From Monocercomonoides exilis PA203 (lineage: Eukaryota; Protista; Preaxostyla), in the NCBI GenBank assembly GCA_001643675.2, contig LSRY02000021.1, positions 372,001 to 436,000 of the forward strand: a stretch of DNA of 64,000 bases. The letters run 5' to 3'. The notes below the pieces were generated by a model. That model was not told the DNA's origin. It saw only the letters and a program-made list of their open reading frames with translations, and did not search any database. A program made the position numbers and the translations under genes. This document shows, piece by piece, positions 46,154 through 57,800 of this stretch (within the stretch, counting starts at the first letter, position 1; each line of letters starts with the position of its first letter).

Positions 46154-47224
46154 TATCAACACAATCCATTCATAAAAGATAATAATTTCACTGTTAGATT
46201 AAACAATTGTACCACATATTTACAGGATCGGTGAAATGCTGTTATTTCTTTGCAAAATTTTTATCAGATTTTGAATTTTTAGTATTTAAAAACAATCAAA
46301 TAAAACTATGAAAGCGATTTTCACGATTTTGTTTTTTTGATAACTTAGTTCTTCATTTTGAAAATCCACTTTGCGTTCTATCTGTCTTTCTTTTTATCAA
46401 AAGTAAAAATACATTTTCCAATGCACCAAGAATTATTCACAATTAGAATTTTACCAATCAATTATAAAATTTCAAATGCCTTTATTGGAAAAAAAATAGT
46501 TTGAATAATTATTCTTTTTGCTTTAAAATCGACATCTTCAAAATTTACTTATTCTTTCATTCAGTCAATGATAATGTGATAAAAATTTCATTTTCCTAAC
46601 CAAAGTAATACTTATCAGTTGAACTTCAAAGATAATTGCGAAATTTTAGCTTGTTGAAATTGAATTATTAATTCGATTACAAAAATTATAATATCGAATA
46701 ACCTTTGATTCAATTGTTGTGTTAAATATTTATCAAATCACAATTAAAATGATCATATGTCCTCGCTGATATGTTACCTTTTCTATCTTAAATTGAAGAA
46801 ATTGTTATTATAAAGTCTTTCTTTAACTTTCTTTTTCAAGCGCCTTTTTTACTTCTTTCTTTTAGATTTTGATTTCATTATTAAAACTCTCATGTTTCTC
46901 TGCAACGCAAGATTGCTGTATTAAATATTTCTTTCAACATTAATAAAATCGCTTTCTTTTCTTGATACATTTTTCCTAATAATTTCTGCTTTCTTTTTCT
47001 TGACATAATAATAACTATTATCATTTCTTTTCTGTTTTATTTCTAGCAATTTCATTTTCTGCTATATAAATTAAAATCATCAAAAGAGAACGAATTCTTG
47101 TGGAATAATAACACGTTTCCAACGAAGCTGCAGAAGAAGAAGATTAAAGAATTTTAAATAATTTTCACGCCAAGTGTCGAAGAGAGAAAAATCGCTGTTT
47201 ACGCAATATTTGAGTTTTTTTTAC

Positions 47225-48656
47225 TCATCTGCTTGAATGATCTGAAGAATGTCTTGATGAACTCATCACTCCCATTGGAGTAGCATAGAATGCAGGGATT
47301 GTGCCCGACGGATACGAAATTGGAAGCATTGGTGGAACAGTTGATGATGGTGAGGATGATGATGAGGAGGATGAGGATGAGGAGGAAGAAGTAGAAGAAG
47401 ATGAAGGTGAGGACGAAGACGCAGAAGGACCCATCGCTGAAGCGCCAGTAGGCTGATCAGAACGCGCATAGCCGTAACCAACAGTCTGTCCATATGACGC
47501 TGGATAAGGATACCCGACTGCATATCCCAAGCTGGAGCCCATCGGGATGCCCATCCCCATCCACGGCGCATACAGCATCCCTCCATCCACCGCAGTGCCA
47601 GGAAGCGTGCCGGTAACCGAAGGAGTCATCGAAGATGGATCCTCCATCCCGTAGCCATACCCCATCCCATACATCACACCGCCCCGCCCCACGCTCCCGC
47701 TCCAGCTCCTCCCCCGCACATACCCTCTTCCGCGAGCTCTTCTTCCTCTGTCATCATACGGAGATATTGACCTCGATGACGATAGAGACCTCGAGCGCGA
47801 TCTGGATGCAGATTTTGATAGCGACTTTGATCTGGGCCGAGACATTCCGATTTTATCATCAGCATCGTGTGGATGATGTGAATGATGCGAGTGATAATGA
47901 TGGTGGTGGCGATGTTCATGCTCAGGCACAGCATATCTATATCCTAGATACCCTCTTCCTCTTCCACCGTATCCAAAGGGAGAGAAAAGATTTGGGTTTC
48001 CTCCTTGGTAAAATGTTGATCTTCTACGATAATGTGGAATGCTTTCTAATTTTTTCAGAATCTAAACAAAATTTTAATTGTAAAAAAAATTCTGTGTGAA
48101 AACATTGTTGAATGAAATAAACCCTAATTGCCCGTCCTTGAATCGTGGGAGCGGGAGCAGATGTTGCCAGCTGCACCGATTCTTTATCTTGAAACAAAAC
48201 ATATGCACAACCCTTTGATCTTCCTTCTGGAGTTGTCAAAATTGTAACTCTTTCAATTGCTCCAAACTGTTCCATAAAATTCCTCAGATCGTTTTCACCA
48301 ATATAATTTGTTAGCTGTATGAATAAAAAATATAACATATCATCAAAAATTTGGATTTGACAACAAACATTTCCAACAAAAATTGATCTTGCATCTTCTT
48401 CCCTGTGATGTTCGATAATTTTGCGTTTTCTATCAACGACTAATAATAATTGCAAACGCAAATATGTTTTATAAAAAAATGAGCAACATTCAAACTTGGA
48501 TCAGCGATAGAATTAAAAGGAGGAGAAGTATTTCTCGAAGCCGACTTTGGCTGAATTTTCCCATATTTTAACAGTTATGCACGTTGAACATAGCAAATAA
48601 AACAGAACACAAACCCTCTCTGGTGTTGGTGATCTGCTGTTAATATTTTCGTTCAT
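47225..48656 (-). CDS. RRM protein, PABPN1/Pab2-like, with RG-, His-, RS- and Ser-rich tail, multi-exon
   Basis: EEDARSIFVGN (RNP2), ERVTIL, SKGCAYVLF (RNP1) and IQGRAIR. Exons join in frame to ORF 47225-47929. Confidence 0.78.
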
Positions 48657-48828
48657 GAAGAAGCAAAAAAATACAATCGATATGGAAGAATTGATCGAAT
48701 AATCGTTTCGACAATTTGCAAATAAAAATAAATCAGCAAGTCTTGACCATGACTATTTTCATATGCAATGGAAGAACCTTAAGTTTCATTGAAACCCACA
48801 ATTAATGTTGTTATTTGAATTATGACAA

Positions 48829-51800
48829 ATGAGCGAAAATTTGCTTTTTCAGCTGCGTGCTTATCGTAGGGAAACCACTGTTAGTGGAAAAAAACAATTG
48901 TTAAGTATTTTAAATGGTTGTCTGGACAAGCCGGCTGAACATCAACTTTTAGATGAAAAAACTTTGGAATGTCTTGATTCTTCCACACCATTACGTTCTG
49001 AAGGAACATGGGACAATTGCATTCGCATATTAGCAACTTCTATGCTGGATGTTATGAATTCATCAAAGAATAAGACATTTATTACAGAATTAGCCAACAT
49101 AATTCGTCGATTTATCGTTTTATCTGTCGAAAAACCTTTTAGGTTGCTTCTTTCTGTTGCATTTTTGGCAGAAAATGTTTTTTCTGTTCTTTCACAATTT
49201 GAGGAGAACACAAAAATAGTGTATATGGACATTTTACAAAAGCTTAGTGAAACTCATGAATTTTGCTCAATTTTTCTCGATAAAGATGCAAAATTCGAAA
49301 ATGAGGAACATCCTCACAATAGACTTGCATGCCAGAAACTTAGAGCATATCCATCGGATAGAAGGGATCTAAGAATTCCATCTATCCAACAATTGTTCTA
49401 TCTTGTTATCGCATATCCAACTTCACAGTCGTCTTCCATTAGAAAGAAATCTATACAAACACTTACAAATATACTCAGCAACTGGAGTGGTGCAATGATT
49501 GATCCATTGTTGTTTTCTGATGTTGGAAAGAGACTTGGGGCCGAGATAGAGCGAAGCAGCCGCTCTGATGATTTGGGGCAATCTGTCGTTGCAATAAATG
49601 GAGTTATAGATCTAATGCTGCATCACAGTTGGTGCGGATGGAATGAGAGGAGTGCTGTGGATCTGCTTATGTCTGTAAGCGATACATTGGTGGATCTCTG
49701 TGGGCAGAGAGTTACACGAGAAGTTGCAATGAGATTGCTGCGCGTGTGCATAGCATTGCTTCGTGTGTGCCCGCATCCTTTCATGACGCGCTTTGTTGAA
49801 CGAGTAGAGGAATTGTGCCTTGGAGAGATGAAATACAAACATGCTCTTTCATCGGCAACAGGCTCGATGACCACAGGTGCTTCTGGAGGAGGTATCATTA
49901 GCGCATTGGACAACAGAGAAGGCTTATCAAAACAAATACCGACAAACTGGATGATGATGGCAAAAAGCGGAAATGCTTCATCAACAAGCTCGGGAAGCGA
50001 TGGCGGGGGAGTGGGAACGGGAGGAGGAAAGCGTGTGGCACAGCTGGAAGGAATGAGCATCGAAGACTTGCTGAGAATTGACTCGAAAATTGTTTCTTTG
50101 TGGGAGCTGTTTTGGGAAGTGAGCGTGCTTCATCGGTTGGCAGAGAGAGAAGGAGAGGAAAAGAGGAAAGGAGAGAAAGATTTGGCTTCTGCAGAAGCAG
50201 ATTATGAGACTTATCAAAGATCACAAAGAGGAAATAAATACGGTTTGTATCAATTGCACTTTTAATCATAACTTTATTTATTTTCATTTAAATTCTTTTA
50301 CATAAATGCTTTGAAACGCTTTTTTTTAACTTTATTATTTTCTACAAAGATCCAGCCCCTTCTTTCTCTCGCTCTTCTGTGCTCACCTATCCGTGGAACG
50401 TTCTTCTGAGCGATTTGGATCCATCTACTTTTGCATCGTCAGGGTGTTGCGTTTCTCTCCTCCAGTTCTTCGCATACACTCTGACCCACCACGCATCATT
50501 CATCTCAGCTGAGGTGCTTGGCCACATTTCTGCGCTTCTTCTGGCTGCTGTGCGCGACTCCCGAAGCATTTGGGCGACAAGCTGGGGATACATCGGGCTG
50601 ATTGGTGTTGCTTACCACCCGCTGCTTCCGACGCTGGGGTGGCTGGGCTGTGAACATCGGTGCATTGATGAAAGAGGAGGCGAAGCAAATGGAATGGGCA
50701 GCAATGGCTCAAGCGACAATAGGAGGAATGCAAATGATGGAGTGAGCGATGAAGTTGAAGAAAGTGAGACGAGCACAAATGAAGAAAGTTGCAACCATTC
50801 TGTGTTTTTGTTCACTACACGCAGCTTATTCGGTGATCCGCACTTCTTCCATTCACATTCAGCACATCGCTCAAACACCCACCCGCCTTCTCTCCTCCAC
50901 TCCATCCACATGTTACTAGCATCTCGTGTGTCCTCATTTACCCATGCACTCTTTCAACACGGCAGAGACGCCTGCTTCATCCGTCGCGCAGACCAGTCTG
51001 TGCTGCCTGCACTGGGACTCCGCTGCGCCTCGGCGTTTCTGTGGCGCGCCTGCGACGACGGCACAGAGAGAGAAAGAGAGGAAGCATGGCTCAGAGCAAA
51101 GAAGCACTGGAAGGGGAACGAGGGGCATTCTGCTCACAGTAGAAGTGCTGAGGCACAAAAACAAGAGAGTCGCTCCAGTCAAACAGAGAGCGGATTTCGG
51201 CAGCTTGTGCGCGCGGTAGGAATGTGCTTCACATCTCAGGAGCTGATCATCAAGACAAACGAGCATGTTCGCTTGTTCGCTTTGTTCTGTCTGCGCTCTG
51301 CTGATCCGTTTGCAGTGCTTTCGCAGCACGCAGAGTCATCTTTGATGGGAATTTCTGGTGCTCGTTTGAAAGGAGAAAGAGCGATGGGACCATTTGGAGT
51401 GTCAAAGAACAGATATCTTCCAGGTGAAGGAAGACGATTCGGGTTAAATCAGACATCTGTGATTCGAAGAGCAGCAGGCACTTCATCATCATCAGCAGCA
51501 TCGTCATCAACTTATTCTTTGTCTTCTTTTCTTTCTTCGTTTCTTTGTACGCTTCTCAATCTCCCTTCTGCAGACATTGCGCCCTTAAGTCCAATGTATC
51601 TTGCTCTTTCTTTCTCTGTCCTTGTTCTCCGCTATTCATGCACAGCTGCCCCACCACATCCAATTTCCTTGCCTCTTTCAGTCATCTTTGCCTTGGCCGC
51701 TCCTCAATTCGCCCTGTTTCCTCTTCCACACGGCTGCAATTCTGCTTTTGCTCCTTCTTCCTTTTCACTTTCGCCTTTATTTGGCTCCTCTTCCTCTTCC

Positions 51801-54800
51801 TCTTCATTGTTTATTCCATTTTCTTCCACATCGGCCTCCCACTTTTCCTCTTCGCCTCTGCAAAACGCTTCTTCTGCCCCTGTTCCTTCAGAGCCATCTT
51901 CACTTCTGCCATTTCTTTCTTCTGTCACCCCGTCTTCTCTTTTCTTCACATCAAACATTTCATCTTCCAGCTCTTCATTCCCATTCACTTCTCATTCACA
52001 CACATCATCATCATCATCAAGCCATTCTTTTTCCTCCTCCTCTTCTTCTTTGTTTGAAAGCTCCTTCGCTCAACTAAAGCAGATCCTTACCCCAGTCACA
52101 CAACACCACTTGCTCTTTTCAGATTCCACTTCATCCGCCGATTCTTCTCTTTCTGCGCTTGTTGACAATGCCAGTGACTCCTTCCGTCTCTTCTACACAA
52201 CCACCACTTGTGAGTATTCTCCTGTTCCAGTTTCTGCTATTCTCAGCCCTCTCATCAACACATTTCTTCGTGAGCCATCAAAAGAACAGACATCTTTGGC
52301 TTTTCCTTCTCAATTTCCTACTTCTTCTTTCCACTTTTCTTCTTCTTCTTCTCCTTCGTCTTCTCCTTCACACGGAGCTTCATCCACATCTCTCTCATCT
52401 TCGTCCCCCAAAACATCTTCATTCCAAACAAATGACAGCTTCGAAGCTCCTCCATTGCCATTTGACTCAAACGCATATTGGTGCATGTTTGCCATTAGTA
52501 TGCTGCGCTGTCTGTCATATTTTGTGTCTGAAGGCACAATTCACTCTGCTGATGCCATTTTGCATTCTGGTTTGCGTTCAAATGGAAACAGATGCTCAAA
52601 TAGGAAACACATGGAGACGGATAAACAAAGGAATGAAGATGCGAAGACGACATCTGCTGAAAGGGATAAATACAGCAACAAGATGGACATTGTGAAAGAA
52701 CCTGAACAAGATGCTATGGATAAAGAAGAAGAAGAAGGAGATGACAATGATGATGCAGATGATGAGGAAGAGGAAGAAGAGGAAGAAGAAGAGGATGAAA
52801 ACAATATGAGAGGAGAGGAATTAGGCCTTTTAAATGGCAGAAAGGCGACTTCTGTGGCAAGCGAAGAAGAAGAACAAGGAAGTCTTGCTCTGAAGCCATA
52901 CAGCTATCCAAAGACCACATCATTGACATCACTACATTCAGAAACTCCATCATTTTCAGATAAAACAGGAAGTGACATTCATTTGAGCACTCTTCCACCA
53001 GAATATGTATCATCTCCGTCGCTTTTGCGATTCCACCATCACATTTTGTCTCTCATTCGTGCACTGCTGTCTTTTATTTCCTGTTCTATGTCTGTCTTGC
53101 TGGCTGAGAGCGTCCTTCCTTTCACCCTCACTGGCTCAACCACATCACGAAGCGATGCCCTGTGGGTGGTGGCTGTGCTGGCAGATTCGATTGTCCCTCT
53201 CAAAAACTGGGGAAGAGGCATTCCAACTGAAAGCATAGACAGCAACAATCTCATCCACCCTGCTTGCACTGCTCATGTGGATGACGATGTGCACTGGGGA
53301 TGTGTGAGCCTGCCTTCGACTTCGATTGAGACAGGGGAGCATTCGTTTCCGCTTCAGGATCCATTTGCTCCTTCTTCCTCTTCTTCCTCTTCTTCCTCTT
53401 CTTCTCAAACAGCTCGTTTAAATGTTCTTGTTCGCTCAACATCGCCTCTTTCTCTCTTCTTCATCCATCCAACAGAAGCTGCTGAGCGCCTGATGCTGCA
53501 GTTGGATGAAGAGACACTTGATTCATGGGAAGATGCCTCGTGGCACTCACAATGGATGAGAACAAAAGAATCGCTGATTTCAATGAATTATTCATCAACA
53601 TCTTCTTCTTCATCCACTCAACACAAAAGAAACACACTGTCTCATTTTGCCAAATACGTTCTCTGTTTCCTGTTCGAATGGCTGAAGACGTCTCTTTCCT
53701 TTTCCAACGTGAATGCAGATCCATCCACAACACAGCTGAAGTCTTCCCAATCTCCGCCAAAAACTAAATCTGGCTCTCCTCTGGCTCCGTTTTCAGGGCT
53801 GCCAGAAGACCAGCAGATGGGAATTGCTTCTTCTCCACTCCACAGCGAAGCATCATACGCAAATGCAACAGCCACACCTCTTTCTTCTACTTCCTCTGGA
53901 CTGACGTTGGCTTCTCTTTCAAACAGATCGAAGAATACATCGCTATCTTCCTCTGGTGTGTCTTCGTCGTCTGCCAAGCTGTCGCAGAAGAAGAAACAGA
54001 GCTCGATTGACTACCTCGACGATGATGACGAGGCGTTTCTGAGTCAGACGACTTCGTCTTCTTCGTCTTCAATGGCAGGCTATTCTTCGTCCAGTACTTC
54101 CGTTTCTTGGAGTTCACTTGGATCATCATCATCTTCTTCTTCTTCCTCTTCCTCCTCTTACTCTTCTCGTCGCTCCCCTTCTCCCTCAAGTTCCCCCTCT
54201 GCTTCTCCCCTCAACTACAATCTGAGCACACCTTCTCCTTCCTCATCGTCTTCCTCTCCAATCAATCAGATTCACGGCCTGTCTAATTCGCCTGCCTCTT
54301 CTGACTCGCTTTCGGGATTTGATCTTTTCTCATCGCCATCCGGCTCCTTTGCCCTGGCCACACGAAAAGTGCCTCTCAAACAGCTGGCGTCAGTCACAAG
54401 ATGGATGAAATGTTGCGATGAAGAAGAAGCAAAAGAGGAAAAAGAGATTCAGAGAAAGAGAGAAATCGAAAGGCAAATGCAACTGGCCAAGTCAAAAGAA
54501 GTGACTTCACTCAAAAAGGATACGATTTCACTTGCTGCGCTGTCAAAGACATCGTTCGGAGCAGCCCTTCAGTCGTCTTCTTATTCAGCTGATCGCATTC
54601 CTTCGCTGGAGCTCTCTTCCACCCTGTCAACCTCTTACTCCCCAATCACTTCCTCATCGCCTTCAAATACAGCACTTCCTTCTCCTTTCTCTTCCTACTC
54701 ATCTTTGCCCAGTGCTCCTCTTGCCACTCCTGCTTCTGCTGGAACGCTGTCTGACTCTGAAATCTCGCCTGTGTTGTCAATCATCCACTCCCTGCTTAAA

Positions 54801-57800
54801 TGGCTCGATTTCCCATCGCCTTGCCCTTTCTGTGGTCAGAAGCCAACAACCAACACTTCTTCCTCTTCCTCCTCTTCTTCTTCTGTATCCGCAAAGACTT
54901 GCCCATTTCTTTCTTTTCTTTCTTTTGCTCTCAATTCTCATTCCGCGTTTTCTGCTTCTCAACTCCGTTGCTTGCTGTTTTCACTGATTCCCTTGTTTCC
55001 CAGTCATTTTGCTTTTCTTTTTGCTCTTTCTGAAGGGATTTTGTCGAAATTCCTGCAATCTTCACACAACATGGCAGCTGTGTTGGATGTGTTGGCTGTG
55101 ACTGATGAGTTCTTTGTGCGCATAAATGAAGGGGAAAGATTGCACAGCATGGAATACAGAGAGAATGAGAGGGGTAAAAGCAGCAGTTTCAATAAACAGA
55201 AAGATAATGAAAACAGAAAAGATGCTGTTATTAGAAGTGATAGCTTTGCAAACGACTCAGTTCAAGAAGGAGATAAAACGGTAAGCATTGTTCAACAATT
55301 CGGTAAAGTCCATAAAATCTGCTGTTTTGACTTCCCATTTGAGTCCATCTATCCATTTTTTGTTTCAGTGAACAGCACTCGCACACTCAACACTCCACAT
55401 GTGCTGACAGCTGTGCATCATCTCTTTCTGTCAGCTCTTCCGTCTGCTCTTCGCTCTCTTTGCTCGTCTGTTCCTTCAAGAAGCTCATCATCCTCCTCTT
55501 CTGTTTTACCTTCTCTTTCACCAGCTGCTTCGGAGAGGCTTCAGATTGCATTCGATTGTGTGGGCACGATGCTCAGCACACTCCAAAATGCATTTGTTTC
55601 ACACACTCCGCCATTCAAAAAGGGGATTAACAAAGAAAGAGAAAGAGTGAATGATGAAAGGCCGTTTGTGAGAGACACATACTTCCTCAGCAGTTGTTCT
55701 GCGCTAATGAGAAGTGGAGCAGCTGGGGATTATTTGAGGTATCTTTCCTTGTTTATTCAGGCGAAGATGGAGCTTATGGGGAACGAAAAGGCGACACAAG
55801 CAACAAGCGCGTTTCTGGTTGGTGATCTTTTGCTGCCACTGAAAGAGGAGATGGAAAAGGGGAAAGGGATGTATGCATCACGAAGGAAGAAGCCTTTGAA
55901 AATTGGTGTTTCTGGTGCGAAAGAAAGAATGCCTGAAAGAGAAGAGAAAGGAATGATAAAGCGAAAAAGGCTATTCAATGATTTCTCTGATACAAATTCG
56001 AGGAGTGGCGATGGAAGTGATATCGATGAAAACCTTTCATCAAGTCGAAGAGACGAAGAGAAAGGCGAAGAAGATGAGATGGCTGTGTCATATGAATCAG
56101 GCTCTGCTCATTCATCGTCTGAGGAATTGTCTGCACTCCATCTGGGAATGGCTTGTCGAGAGGGGATTTCACCAGTCGTGGTGAATGGATTCATGTTTGT
56201 CTCTTTTGTCATTCGAGACGCTGTCATCAACAACACACTGCAGATGGAACGAGCAGCACTGTCTTGCTTGTTCCAACTCATTCATCTCTATTCATCCAAC
56301 TCAAATTCGACTTCTTCTTCTTCTTCTTCTTTGACAGACGAATCAAGCAGATCTCAATCAACAGCAGCTGCTTCTTCTCCAGTTACACTGCCTCATTCGT
56401 TCTTCCGCTGGATTCTGTCTCTTGTCTCTTTTCCGCTCACTCCTTCTGCCTATCTTTTGGATCATCTACCTTTCATTGCTTCTCTCTGGGGTGCACTTTC
56501 ATACACAATATTCGATTTCCCTTTCTTCCTTTTCACTCCTCAAGTTGTTCTTCAATGCAATACTTATCATTCTTCTTCTTTATCTCTCCTAAGCACACAA
56601 AATGCAAGCCAAAACCCTCTTTCCCTTTCCACTTCTCATCATTTCTCCTTCTCTCCCTCTGAACACTGCCCCTCTCTGCACGACTTCCTCATTGAATACG
56701 GTGTTCTCTTCATCCCTCTATACTTGGCCTCTCTCCGCACAACCGACCAGCTCTCACAGGAACTCATGAATGTCCACTCGCTTCTGGATGAGCTGCACAC
56801 TCTTCCGCATTTGTCTAACCGGCTGCTCCAAAAGCAGAAAACACGCGCTTTGCTTTCTTCTGCTGTGTTTCCGCTTCATTCGGTTGAAAAGAATGAACAC
56901 AAAATTCACTTTATTCCTAATGAAATGTCTGGTTTTGATACAAATCATCAGCAGAATTCAACTGAACTTTCTATTGCAAAGCACGAAGTTCAAACAACCA
57001 AACAAAAACGCATGCTGCAGCAACCGCTTTCAATAAGGCCTCTTCTTCCGCTGTGCACATCATTTGACAGTCTGTTTCCGAACTTGTATTCTCTCTCTTT
57101 CTTTTCTCCTCGTCTGCAGCTGATCGAATTCGCAGACTCGTTTCAGCCATTCTTTTCAGCGCCTCTTCCGTTTCTAGTGCTCTTTTCGCTGCGGCATATT
57201 ATCAATTCATTCTTCTTCTATGCTTCTCTGTCATTTCTGAAGAGCTCATTCTTCCTCGAACACTCTGCCACTCCTCCTCCTCAAATGGATGCAAAATCAC
57301 CTTCATCTACTGCTTTATCAACAAAATCACCAACTTCTTCTTCATCTACTTCTTCCATTCAAAGAACTTCTTCATTCCCATCATCATCATCTCCACCTAA
57401 CGAAGCGTCCCAAGTACCGCCTCTTCTGCCCAGTGAGAACATCATCTGGTCACAGGACGAAATCCCTTCCTTCGCTGCCATTTTCAATGGACTCAAAAAG
57501 TTCTGTGCTGAGCTGCCTGCCGTCATCCAACAGGCTTGCACCCTTCCCTTTCCAACAAACGCATCATCAACACAACAGCCAAACATCTTCAGCCAGCCTC
57601 TTCTTCCGCTCCTCCGCTCTCTGCCTTCTCCTCTCACACCCAGCTTTCTCTTCGCCCATCCTTCTTTTTACCCCATCGGCGTGTTACTCTCCTCTCTGTT
57701 GCATTCATTCATCCCCTCTTGTCTCTTTTCTGAGGCCTCTTTCATTTCCTTTTCCCGCCCGCTCTTTCGAGCTGCTCTTCTGTCATCTTCTCTTCGTCTG

